Shown: positions 13,481 to 25,669 of the stretch, piece after piece
Layout: every line of letters starts with the position of its first letter
Numbering within the stretch: the stretch's first letter is position 1
Notes under the pieces: model-generated
What the model was told of the DNA's origin: nothing
Seen by the model: only the letters and a program-made list of their open reading frames with translations
The model's database searches: none
Translations under genes and position numbers: made by a program
Origin: Callorhinchus milii
Taxonomy: Eukaryota
Reading direction: 5' to 3'
Assembly: GCF_018977255.1 (NCBI RefSeq)
Contig: NW_024704742.1
Span: 124,436,001-124,500,000 of the forward strand
Length of the DNA: 64,000 nt

Positions 13481-14409
13481 TTCTCTGTATTGACAATCAA
13501 AAGTCTTCATATTTGATTAGGATTTTTAAATTGAATTTAATCTCAATTACACGATAGTCAGTGAATTCCCCCATAATTTACTAGTTGGAAGGACCTAATA
13601 CCCAACAGGTTCCCGTTTTGTATGACTACGTCACACATTATGTCACGTACAGAAACCAGTCAGTGGTCCCATCAAAACGCAAGAACCTCACCAAAAAAGC
13701 TTACAATTGATTTGTAATGAGGTATGTAGAAATCATAGAAGTGGGGAAATCAGATATACTGACTATCACATATCCCAGGGACTTACTCAAGTTTATCTGA
13801 TTGCATGGTTTTATCAGTAATGCTGGAATTTTACAGTAATAAAACATTCAACAATCAAAAATCTTTCTGTTCCAGGAGTAAACTTTAGAATAAGTATTTA
13901 TGAACAAAATAGGCGGTAAAGCATGTACGTTGTCCTATGTATTCTGAAACCTGGATTCAAATCCAACACATGTAATGAATGACAAGTATTGGTTTGGCCA
14001 TCTCTAACAACTCACTATCAGAACCTAATACAACTAATAGATAGTTGTACAATATCTTCCACTTTTTAAATGGAGAAATATGGATGAAGGAGAAAGATCC
14101 ATAATGTACACAAGGTAAAAGAGTGTAGGGGTAAGAGGTTAGTCGTAAAGACTAGATTACATCAAATTTGGATTTCATACACCTGCAGTTTGTGGAAAGA
14201 AGCAAAGATTGAAGGAAATAAGTTCTACTATTTTGAGGAAAAATGAGACGAACTGCCCGGTATTTCACTATAACTGATACTATACTCATGCAGCCATCAT
14301 GCTGAAAAATTTAATTTTTTATTGTGATTTCATGTACAAGAAGCTTCTCAAATTCAAATCACGAAGACCCATTTTCGTATTAAATTGGCAGCTGCAATAA
14401 CAACAAAAA

Positions 14410-15559
14410 TAATAAAATAATAAAAATCCTTGCATTTGATATAGTGCTTTATCACGTCTTCGAGACGTCTCAAAAGCGCTTCACAGAATATACTGTAAAG
14501 TGAATTGACTGTATATTTTGTGGGCAAAACACGTCAGCCATTTGCACACAGCAGTGTCCGACAAACAGTTGTGGATTGAGTGACTAATTCATAAGAACAT
14601 AAGAACATTAGAGTTAGGAGCAGGAGTAGGCCATTCGGCCCCTCTAGCCTGCCCCGCCATTCAATAAGATCATGGCTGATCTAATCTAATTCCACCTACC
14701 CACCTTATCCCCATATCTCTTAATCCCTTTATCCACAAGAAATCTATCAATCTCAGTCTTGAATATGTTCAAGGACTGAGCATCTACAGCCCTTTGGGGT
14801 AGAGAATTTCATAAATTCACTACCCTCTGAGTGAAGACGTTTTTCCTCAACTCAGTGCGAAAGGGCTTACCCCTAATTTTAAGACTGTGACCCCTGGTTA
14901 TAGTTTCTCCAACCAGGGGAAAAAGTCTCCCACTATCTATTCTGTCGTGCCTCTTAATAATCTTATAGGTTTCTATAAGATCACCTCTCATTCTTTTATA
15001 TTCTAGAGAATATAGGCCTAAATTGCTCAACCTATTCTCATAACTCATCCCCTCATCCCAGGTACCAACCTAGTGAATCTACATTGTACCCCCTCCAAGG
15101 CGAGTACATCCTTTCTTAAATAAGGAGACCAAAACTGCACACAATACTCTAGGTGCGGTCTCACCAGAGCCCTATACAGTTGCAATAAGACTTCCCTACT
15201 CTCATATTCTAACCCTTTTGTAACAAATGCCAACATACCGTTAGTCTTCCTAATTGCTTGCTGTACCTGCAAACTAACTTGTTGTGACTGGTGTACAAGG
15301 ACACCCAAGTCCCTCTGAACGCTAACACTATCTAGTTTCTCCCCTTCTAAAAATTCATTACTTTTTTTTGGAAGGAATTATTACCCCCGACAAAGCGATC
15401 CGCCAATCAACTAACAAGTGGGTTCCTACTTACTGATAAGTAAACCGAGGAGTATGCAGTAAGGAAACATGCCCAACGTTTAGCCCTGCCCGGGAATCGA
15501 ACCCAGATCCTCTCACTTGCGAGGCGAGTTCTCCAACCACTGAGCAACAGGACTCCACG
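14410..15559 (-). mobile_element. Young SINE (long form) split by a CR1 insertion; SINE parts are 14410-14592 and 15352-15559
   Basis: Tail on the left and tRNA-like head ending ...caggactccac on the right. The halves are colinear with intact copies. Confidence 0.9.
14593..15351 (-). mobile_element. 5'-truncated CR1 LINE inserted in a SINE, 7-bp TSD aattcat
   Basis: ORFs LYRALVRPHLEYCVQFWSPYLRKD and RMRGDLIETYKI...TRGHSLKI; (CATAAGAA)n tail; aattcat at 14586-14592 and 15352-15358. Confidence 0.95.
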
Positions 15560-16682
15560 AGTAGGTCCAAATAGTCTATGGAATGTACTAAAGGGCAAAT
15601 CCAGAACCTTCCTGTGGCCTAAACATATTTCAACTAGTTCAGTAGACAGTAGTTAACTGTACAATTGTACTATGAAAATAACATTTCTGTACAATTAAAG
15701 TGGTGTGAGAAGAACTGAATAGACAACAATGTAGGCCTGACATTGATTAAAGGTACATTATGTACTGGATGTCAGGCTTTGTTTAGACCCACGCATTCAT
15801 TGACATTCAGTCAAGGGATGGAAGCCTAGAGAAGAATGGCAATGATGAAAGAAACCCACTGGGAGGGAGAGTACGAATGAATCAGATATTAGTGGTGGTG
15901 CACGTTTCAAAGTAGTAGAACAAAATACATTCAGTAATTCATAAGTGTAATGCAATGAACATGCATGAAGGTTTCGATATCCTGTATGATTCAATGCTTC
16001 ATTCTTTCAGTCTGTCAGCTAATCTTATCTCTTATGGTTGAATAACTGGTTTGTAATTTCTCACCCTTTCCCAACTATTGCTCTAATGTATACAGTATTG
16101 TATGTGAAACAAAACAATATTGGTTTGGTTACCTGATGGTAACTAATTTCACAGTCAGTTAGCTGTGACTCAAATCCCAAGGTTACTCAATACAGGTACT
16201 TGTACAATGTAATCTTGTTGTTGTATTTGAATAGCAGATCTGTGTCGTTTTACTTTCAGTTGAGTCAAGAGCAGATTATTTCAGGAAGAGAAACAAAATA
16301 AATCAAGACACCTTAATAATGAAAGGTCAGGTTGCATGATCACTGGGCCACACAATTACCACTGAATTAGGGTTGAATGTGGTCTAGACCTGCTAGGGAG
16401 AAACTCTTATGATGGGAGGAGGACAAGTTTCTGCACTGGCTGATAGCCAAATATCCTTTGAGGAGATTTTAAGCAGTTCTCAGTGGGGGTTTGAGAAGCC
16501 ACATATACCAACTGAGCACAGGCAACACATTCCTGAGAATATATGACTTATTCAGACCTGGAAGAGTATGTGGTGTCAAGCACACACAGGAGAGATTAAA
16601 AACTCATCATAAAATCATCGTAGAAATCATAAATTATATATCAAAAGAAGCGACATACAAATATAATTGGTTAAAGGTCACA

Positions 16683-16737
16683 TTTATTCTGAGATTAAGA
16701 GTCACTTGACTATAAATACAACATGGTTGAGTTTATT
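16683..16737 (-). terminator. NDUFS4: Two candidate NDUFS4 polyadenylation signals (AATAAA at 16737-16732 and 16688-16683)
   Basis: tttatt on the plus strand about 33 and 82 nt downstream of the stop codon, implying a short 3' UTR. Confidence 0.65.
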
Positions 16738-16769
16738 CTTAGCGAGACCAACAGCTGGGATAGTGCAGC

Positions 16770-16873
16770 TTATTTTGTTGACACCCTGGTCCTTTTGTTC
16801 CAAGAGTAGTTTGCACCATAGGACTTTACTTTCGGCTTTGGGACCCTCTTTTCCATTATTTCATAACTCCAAT
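16770..16873 (-). CDS. NDUFS4: NDUFS4 last coding exon (equivalent to human exon 5), 104 bp including stop
   Basis: Translates to (D)[33 protein letters not shown]. Pyrimidine-rich acceptor ...ccccccaacag|; TAA at 16772-16770. Confidence 0.98.
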
Positions 16874-17195
16874 CTGTTGGGGGGGAGGGTAATAAATTAA
16901 AGCATTTTAATAAATGTGTAGTTTTTTAAAACACAATCCTATATATTCAACTTACATTTTGCACAGAAGCTTATACGATTTTTAATATATTCTTGACTAA
17001 AGCTAACATTTCTTGTTATAATTTGTTAAAATTTACTGCATCCTTTGCATTTTCGAAAGCTACGATTTTGCACACCGTAGCAGATTATGTAGAATAAGGG
17101 TATTATTTATAATTGCAGGAATATATTTTAAAAAACAAGAATTTGCATTAAAATACAAGGATATTAGATATCGTATGAATTTAACAATGATGCCT

Positions 17196-17570
17196 AACAA
17201 CAACAATATTAATTTGCACTTATATAGTTTCTTTTGTGCAGAGAGAACACTTTAGGCATTTTACAAAGCCTGTGTGGAAAGCTGGAGGGAGATAGGAAGG
17301 CTGGGTTTTGAAAGCAGACGGTGGGGTGGAGCAGACAGGAATAGCTAGGGGGAGTAGTCACTGGAGACCCCAGAGGTAGGGTGGGGTAAGGCTTGGAGGC
17401 ATTTGATGGTAAAGTGGCGAAAGTTGAGTTTGGAGGTTGACAAGGGTTTGTGTTTGTGGAGGGGTAAAATAGTGGCGGAGATGGACAATGTTGCAGAGGT
17501 GGAGAAAATCTGCCTTGATCAGAGTCTAGATAAAAGGTTCAAAGCAGAATTGAGTATCGAACAAAACATT
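17196..17570 (-). mobile_element. Degenerate L2 3' fragment in NDUFS4 intron 4
   Basis: (CAA)n tail with ttgcacttatatag, followed by purine-rich L2-like sequence. Confidence 0.6.
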
Positions 17571-17803
17571 AACACACAAAATTAAATACAATTGGTCAAT
17601 TTTGATTATTACTCCATATTTGAAACTTTGTTTTTACTATTTTTCAAAACGTCATATTTCCAAATAGCAATTACAAATATGCTATTTGGAAATATGATTG
17701 TTGAAATATGCTAAAAAATATTAGCGTAGCTGTTACCTCTACAGCTGCAACAAATCAGAATTCTGTAGCACTTAATAAATCGCAAGATGCAATTCCATAG
17801 CTA

Positions 17804-17932
<129 letters not shown>

Positions 17933-17992
17933 TTACAAAATGTTTTTAATGTTCAGGTTTGATTTGCTATAATTTGAAATAATTCACTCTAT

Positions 17993-18093
17993 TACAACAA
18001 CAAAATTACATTCGTAAAGCGCCTTTCACGGCAGGAGGGCATCCCAAGGCACTGGACGGACAGAGTTACGGACCTGAGCTGGGGGCGGGGAGT
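17993..18093 (-). mobile_element. L2 3' tail fragment
   Basis: acaacaacaa...aaagcgcctttcacg...cccaaggcactg, matching the tail at 39750. Confidence 0.8.
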
Positions 18094-19130
18094 GTGGCCC
18101 TCATTTCCCAAGCTTCCCTTGGTCTATCACCATATTCCTCTGGCTGTTTCTCCTCCTTTGAGCACCTCACCCTCTACCATCCCTCCTCTCTCTCCCTCAA
18201 AGTTCTCCTTCTGGCTCCTTCCTCACTGATGTCTCCTCGCTCCTCTCATCCCTATCACTCTGCACTGAACAGCTCATTATGGGTGATTTCAACCTCCACC
18301 TTAACTCCCCTTGCACCACCTCCTCGAATTTCACTGCCCCCCTCTCCTCCCTAAACCTCACCATCCACATGAACTCACCCACCCATAACCGCGACCACTC
18401 CCTCAACCTCGTCATCACACATGGCCTTGCCATTTCCGACCTGTCTATCGTCATCTCCCTCTCCTCCCGTATCCCGCTCCCTATTCCAAGCCCTCCACCT
18501 GCCCCTGAAAAAAGCTTCCCCTTAAGTCCCTCACAAATGCCCTCTTTTTCTCTCCTTCTGGCCCTGCACCTGCAGCGATCCTGATGCAGGCATTAAACTG
18601 CTGAATGACCATCTCTCCACAACCTTTAATTCCCTGGCTCCCCTGAAATCCAGGGCTGGTTTCAAATCCACCTGCTCCCCTAGTGTAACAGTCATCTCTG
18701 CTCACTTAAAACCCAAACCCGGACGCTGAGCGCAGATGGCAGAAATCTGGTCTCACAATTCACTGCCATCTGTGGCTTGAGCACCTCCACACCTACCGCT
18801 TCTCCCTTTCATAGTCCAAAACTAATTTTTACTCCAAAGTCATCCTGGAGGCCAAACACAACCCAAAGACACTGTTTTCCATCGTCCATCATCTCTTTGG
18901 TGCACCCCCTCTAGCTCCCTCTATCCTCGTATCAAATGCCAAGAGTGAAGAGGTCCTAGATTGCTTTGCCTCAAAGATTGAAAACATCTGCTTGGCTGCA
19001 TCGTCCTCCCCCTACTCCTCCCCCTATGTCCCCTTCCACCCCACCTAGACCATCCACACCGCCTTCTCCCTCAACCACAGCTCCTACCACTTCCCACTCC
19101 TTATACTCTTTTGCCCCCATTTCTCCCTCC

Positions 19131-19447
19131 TAATAATAAATAAATCCTTGCATTTGATCTAGCCCTTTTTATGTCTTCTAGACGTCTCAAAGCGTTTCAC
19201 AGAATCTACTGTGAAGTGAATTGACTGTATATTTGTGGGCGAAATTCGGCAGCCAATTGCACACAGCAGTGTCCCATGAACAGTCCTGGTTTGAAGTGAC
19301 TAATTTATTATTGTTTTTTATTCTTGAGGGATTATTATCAGGCGTGTGGAGCAAGGAGATTTGCCCAAGGTTTTATCCTACCAGGAATCAAACCCAGGTC
19401 TCTCGCTTGCGAGGCGAGCGCTCCAACCACTGAGTACAGGACTCCAC
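19131..19447 (-). mobile_element. Full-length young SINE (short form) nested in the L2
   Basis: Head gtggagtcctgtactcagtggttggagcgctcgcctcgcaag; tail at 19131. Confidence 0.92.
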
Positions 19448-19494
19448 AATCCTCCTCCCTCTCAACCACAATCACCAGGATGAAGTTCACCACC

Positions 19495-20045
19495 TTTCCC
19501 CACAGATGCTGCCTGACCTGCTGAGTGTTCTCAGTGACTTCTATTTTTGTTTCAGATTTCCATCATCTGCTGTATTTTGCATTTTGTTTATATTTAATTT
19601 ACTGCCACTTCTCTTCTAGGAATGCCTACCTTGAAGAAGTTCTGCTCTTCTCTTCGACTTGACTTTCACTCTTCCCTTTACCATGCTCACCTTCTTTGCT
19701 ATCTGTTTCTCTTCTTGTGTTTGATGCCTATTTTTTTTGCAATTTCCCCCTCCATTTGTTTTGCATTATTAACACCTCTGTTCCCCTGTTTTGTTGCAAT
19801 CTTCCCCCTTTGTGTTGCATCATTAACACCTCTTTAACCCATTATCCCCTGTCCTTTACCCCATTTTCTCCCTTGTCGTCCTTGCCCTGCCTCCCCTCTC
19901 TCTGTTAGCCCTTAAAAGCCTCTCCCTCCCAACATGCCCCAGTTCTGATGAATGGTCGTGGACCCAAAACGTTGATTCACTTTCCTTTCTCCATAGATGC
20001 TGCCTGACCTGCTGAGTGTTCCCAGCGACTTCTGTATTTGTTTCA
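19495..20045 (+). mobile_element. Penelope-like non-autonomous fragment with 60-bp direct terminal repeats and a decayed hammerhead core
   Basis: Direct repeats 19495-19554 and 19986-20045 (agatgctgcctgacctgctgagtgtt...gtttca). Core-like CTGATGA-a-tggtc-gtg-gaccc-AAAACGTT at 19945-19973. It interrupts L2 coding sequence. Confidence 0.75.
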
Positions 20046-21994
20046 TCACCTGCTGCCTCGATCCCCTCCCCACTCAGCTGCTGGTCACTCAACTCCCCTG
20101 CCTAACCCCTGTGCTGGCCGACACGGTCAACCATTCCATCTCCTCGGGCTCTGTTCCACTCCCCCTGAAAACCGCTATCATTACACCCCTACTCAAAAAA
20201 AAGCATCCACGATCCCTCTAATCTCTCAAACTACCAAAAGATGTTTGCGGATGATACACAAATCTACTTTGCCTCCTCCAGGTCCGCCGATGTTCTATCA
20301 GCTTGTCTGAGAGACATCAGGGCCTGGACAAGTGCAAACTATGAATATGACTCCCAGCTGCTCTTCCTCCCCCACATCCAGTCCCTAACCAGGACGGCCT
20401 TCATCCACCTCCACCACATTGCCCGCCTTCGACCGTACCTTACTCCAAATGCAGCTGAAACCCTCGTGCTTGCGTTTGTCACCTCCCGCCTGGATTACTC
20501 CAACGGACTCCTCGCCGGTCTCCCCAGCTCCACCATTCCAAAAATCCAGCTCATTCAGAACTCTGCTGCCCACATACTAACCCGGACCAAACTCCGTACC
20601 ATCTCACCAGTTCTGGCCAGGCTCCACTCTATCCGAAACAGACTGACTTCAAGATCCTCACACTCATGTTCAAATCCATTCACTCCAATGCACCTCCCTA
20701 CCTCTCCAACCTCATCACTCCCCAATCCACCACCTGGCACCTCTGCTCAACTGTCACCGGCCTCCTGCTCGTCCTTCGCACCCTCCGCTCTACCATTTGA
20801 GATCGTGCTTTCAGCTACTATGTCCCGAAACTCTGGAACACTCTCTCTCAATCCCTCCACCCTGCCTCCCCTCTCCCCTTTTTCACATCCCACCTGAAAA
20901 CCTTCCTTTTTGACTGTGCCTACTGTCATCTCCCCCACCCGCCTGGGAGTCAGGCTCCTCCATTGTTAAGCGCTCTGAGATGCTACCCTGTGTGTAGGGC
21001 CCTATATAAGTGCAAGTTGTTGTTGTTGGTGGTGTAATTAGACAGTTGGACTGTAATATTGAGACAGGCCATTCAGACCAACAGTTTGTGCCAGCATTTT
21101 TACTTTGCATGAGCCTCCACCCATTTTAGTCCCCTCGCCCTAACACCCACCCCCTTTCTCCTCTCGTCCCCCATCTAATCTGACATAAATTAATCCAATA
21201 ACCTTTTTTTGTTAAACATAGAAACAACCAGGTATCCATAAATTGAGAAATTAAATTCTGAAAGTATTGCTATTAAAGATATATGGAAGAATATATTTAA
21301 CTTTTAATAAATAAAAGGGAATCTATCACCAATTAGATCTACATCACCAGATTTTTAAAAAAATCTACAGTAGATCGATCATTCTTTTCCATCTTTAACG
21401 ATGCCTGTGGCACACATTGCTTTGCTGCCAAGTGGACAGATCTACGGTATGTCATCTACATTAAAGCTGTTCTGTAACTGGCCACTAGGAGGCTTATGCA
21501 AAAAGTCCTAAATAATTCACTTGCTGACTTTCCATTGATCCCAGTGGAGAAACTCCTCACATCTCTTCTGCTCACCACATGGCTCCCACGTAACTTGGTC
21601 AAAACCAGGAAATTGAATGGTTATGAAAATAGTATTGAAATAATATGCCAATACCTGTATATTGTACTGAACTCCATCTTGACTTAACTTCAAAATAGTT
21701 TTGCAACAAATTGTACTTTTTTATTGTTCTAAAAGTATTTGCACCAATCCCTAAAGGTCTATAAAAATATAGTTAAAACAACCTTAAAATCCAAAATACC
21801 AATACTACATAATTATAGGAATATGTACACCATAATTTTCCAAATAACATCTTTAAGTTGTCTGAAAAATATCCCAAAAGCATCAGCCATATTATTCAGG
21901 TGCAAGAAAGATGGTTTGAATGCAAGACCCTTCAAAAAGTGATATATCAAACTCTACACCAAAAGAAACAATGTTTCAAAAATATATACAAGAA

Positions 21995-22073
21995 TACAGG
22001 GTGACCAAAAAGTTGTGATAGCATCACAAAGTCTGATAAGGGTAAGATGTCACGACGTTTTGGTCACCAACTA
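21995..22073. mobile_element. About 80-bp mariner-type MITE
   Basis: TA|CAGGGTGACCAAAAAGTTGTGA on the left and TCACGACGTTTTGGTCACCAAC|TA on the right: imperfect terminal inverted repeats of about 22 bp flanked by TA. Confidence 0.6.
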
Positions 22074-22483
22074 CATTCTTTTGATCAATTATACTTTTGA
22101 CTGGGATGTGCTTGGTATTTTTGGAAACAATTAACTTGTTCCAATGTTCTCATAAGTAACAGGTGCTGAAAACCTGTATATAGGAATGCGTAAGTGTGAG
22201 AAAATGTTGAATTGGTGGAAATTGTATTGTATGTTTGCCTGAAATACTTTTAATTTAGTTTGGAGTAAGGTGTATTGATTTTGGTGACATCTGTTTTCTG
22301 TAAATTAGGGACAAATGTTATTTTATTGATTTACAATGTTGAACGTGTTTATACACCAGTTACAAACATGCACGCACTATTTTATTAATGGCAGCTGATT
22401 TCTGAGAACGCATATTTAAAAAGTTTATTTGGACTTCATGTTTACTCATTTAAAAGTAATTATTTGTTAAAAATAAAACTCAC

Positions 22484-22656
22484 GAGGATGCCCAACCCAT
22501 AAGTGGGTTCTCCCAACGCTCCCTCGTGTCGAACTCGATTCTCCACTTTTTTGTGTTGTTCACACCAGACTGCATTGCATTTCGCGCTGGAACAAAAATG
22601 CGGACCCTTCGTGTTTTTATATGGTCTTCTGGAACTCCTGTCAATGGAGTGATGTC
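22484..22656 (-). CDS. NDUFS4: NDUFS4 coding exon (equivalent to human exon 3), 173 bp
   Basis: Manual translation gives [57 protein letters not shown](S), the conserved NDUFS4 core. Acceptor ...ttctacctag| is phase 0 and donor |gtgagt is phase 2. Confidence 0.98.
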
Positions 22657-23507
22657 CTAGGTAGAAACAGAAATAAGGTATATTTAATATCCATTAATTC
22701 CTTACAATATTTTTTTCAGATTAGGCATTTGTCTTCAAGCACAGGGAGGATAACTCATTTAATAACCACTTTCAGAATATGGTTTGGAAACCTCAACACA
22801 CCCTACGGTACAAATTCCACGCACTGGTATAAATCACTAGCTCACCATGTAAATCAGGCTCTAAAGTGCACAACATTTTGTTTAGAATAGTGTTCAAAAT
22901 CTACTATTCAATGTGCACTTGCATTGACTTTCCAAAAGAAAACCTGGCTCAGTTGGTTGCATTTGTTCTTCTGTATCAAACTCCACTTTGGTTGACGATC
23001 TGGTGTATGTAGAACAGGAGGAATGTTGCAATGTCCAAGCCAATGTCCTTTGGATGAGATGGCATCCTCATCTGCCCGTTCAAGTGTACAATAAAGGCCT
23101 CAATGCACTACTTGAATAGAGATGGGAATGTCCTGGTTAACTTTTTGTTTGATAAATCTGTCATTTATCTAAAATGATCCACTTTCCACTTTATCCACTT
23201 TCGGAATATTTCCATGAGTTGACAAGATATACTTTCTGTTATTGCAGGAAGCCCCACTCAGTTTCTTTATAAAAGAAGAATTTGCTGTATAATAGACCTC
23301 ATTGTTCTGAATGATTTGTAAAAGCTTTGAACAAGAAAAATCTCAAAGTTCAGAATGCCCAATAGTTGAAAGGTTGTTCAGCATGTGGAGATCACCAAAA
23401 CAAATTGACAACTGAACCTTTGGTGATTATTAGTCTTTGATCCTCAATTGTTCTGCTCCAAAAACCATGGGTAAATATGCTTTAAGTAATATGGGCAACT
23501 TTTTTTA

Positions 23508-23812
23508 TAATAATAATACTTGCATTTGATATAGCGCTTTTCACATTTTATCAACGTCTCAAAGCGCTTCACAGAATAGACTGTAAAGTGAATTGACCGT
23601 ATATTTGTGGGCGAAATGCGGCTGCCAATTGCGCAGAGCAGTGTCCCACAAACATGAAAATGACCAATTTATTATTGTTTTGTTTTTTGGAGGGATTATT
23701 ATTAGGTGTGTGGAGTAAGGAAACTTGTCCAAGGTTTCACCCTGCCTGGAATTGAACCCAGGTGTCTCACTTGCAAGGCAAGTGCTCTAACCACTGAGCT
23801 ACAGGACTCCAC
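23508..23812 (-). mobile_element. Full-length young SINE (short form)
   Basis: Head gtggagtcctgtagctcagtggttagagc...gggttcaattcc (A and B boxes) and canonical tail. Confidence 0.92.
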
Positions 23813-25669
23813 TTTTTGCCCTATTCCTCCACCCATTTGAAAGTGACTATGACTAAATCAACTTAGGGCACCTCACCAACAATGGTAAGCTGGACCACAT
23901 TGCCCTCAGTAGCAAATGCTACTCTTTTCCAGTTAACAGGGTGGGTGCACATGTCTAACTGGGAACCACTGCATCGACCCAGAACATCACTTCCAAATTA
24001 CATGTCCTATTTGCAGCTAGGAACCTTATTGTGTGACGAATATGTGAGGATTATTCCACACGGCAGCTTTGCATAGATCTTCCAAAGCAATAGGCTTAAA
24101 GTTAACCCACATAGTTGCTTCAGCTCCTGTTGAATGGCCTTTAACCTTCCCAAGGGAAATCTCTCCCTGCCAGTTGGTAGCAGCAGGGGATACATTCCAC
24201 TAACCACTTAGCCATTCTTCGTTCATTGACAAGCTGACCCAATGATTTGTTTTCATAGGATACAAATAATTGACTGGATTTCCTGGAACTTACTTCTCCC
24301 ACTTAAAAAGGCTACTGTGCACAGCCATGGTCAGGGATCCATTTTTTCCAGAACTAGTAAAATTTTAGTAGATTTAATAGTTAGTAGTCCACCTGTTCAG
24401 CAATAAAATATTTTTTATACTGTCAAAACTATTTGATGTGCTATTATTGCACTATTACAATAGGCATCTTCCAGGATTTCTTCATTAAAAAATCCTGGCA
24501 ACTTGGTTTTCTGTATGTATTCTAGTTTGGTTGCATGGAATGAACAATTCTACATTATAAATGTGAAAACACAGATAACATCCCTGTGTCAAAGATTTAC
24601 AGTTGCAAACATCTTATGGTGCCTACTTGAAGTAAGCTGAATCATTTCATTATTCACAGTACCTCAATTCCTCCCTCTAATAATTCCTGCTGAAAAATAT
24701 TTGTTTTTTTCCCAAGCATTTCACGATCCTTACCTTTCTCAACATTTTTCCCTTTCTTCCAAGTTTCTTTCATCTTTTTTCAATACTTTTGATTTCCTTA
24801 TTCCTTTCTTCCCTCCATCTCTTGTACCATCCTATTTTCTTCTTGTTCTCAGGAGGACTGAATGAATGAAACTCTACCCCTTTTCATTTTATATAAAATA
24901 AAGACCTAAATTAAACAGAATACTCTTTTCCCATGGTAGATTCAATTTGCAGATGCAGAAAATTCAATGATTTAACTGAATTTATAGTAGAATTCAACTG
25001 TTGGATGTGAGCAACACTTCCAAAAAAATAATTCCCACACTTTGAGTTTTTGCAAATGCACAGCATCTTACACCCAGCACGGTACCATGAGAAATTATTT
25101 TTTGTTTCTGTAGAAGTCAGCACTGAATCTTTAGTAATAAAACTTTTCCAGCATTATGTTAGCTGGCTGGCAAAACACTGAATGCTAATCGCAGATTTAC
25201 TTTAAATCTTGTACACAATTCAGCCTATGTTGTACACCAGTTGTGGGTGGCTGATAATCCTCGCCTAGATGGAACACCAATGCCAATTTATAGAAGAAAC
25301 TCAGAATACAGTTTATCCTGATGTCAGATCAGGTTTAACTATCAGCAATTAATGTGTAGAGTTCACAGAATGTTCTAGCTGAAATCAAAGTTATTAGATT
25401 GATAGTCATACAGGTATGTATTTGCTTTCATACATTAGGTGGTATAATAATAGGGTGCAGGCAGACAACTGATACAAAGATAGGGAGTCTCCAAGCAGGT
25501 CTCAGTGAATGCTGGGAGTGTATAAATGTTTGAAGAAAATTAACTGGGGCAAAATGGGTGAAACACTAATTTCCTTTAGCCCATTCCTTTCTAAGTCAAG
25601 TAAGAGATTAATCTTACTTAATTTATTTAAGAGATCCAGGAGATGGCACGATGTGAAGAGCGATCAAAA

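Larger units (their letters stand above)
18094..21030 (+). mobile_element. L2 LINE (endonuclease and RT remnants, internally deleted), interrupted by a SINE and a Penelope-derived element
   Basis: Endonuclease motifs MGDFNLH and PTH..HSLNLVIT; TCCLDPLPT...KTAIITPLLKK; FADDTQIY; LAFVTSRLDYSNGLLAGLP...IQLIQNSAA; (TTG)n tail at 21017-21030. Confidence 0.93.

Noticed and set aside
13607..13690. Loose inverted ends aggttcccgttttg / caaaacgcaagaacct as a MITE
   Set aside because: Too degenerate, and no TSD.
1..16600. ARL15 last exon, expected by synteny on the plus strand
   Set aside because: No sequence resembling the ARL15 C-terminus was found by eye.
23740..23812. tRNA gene (also similar heads at 15490-15559, 19380-19447, 53925-53996)
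   Set aside because: The A and B boxes belong to SINE heads that continue into SINE bodies; there is no intact cloverleaf.
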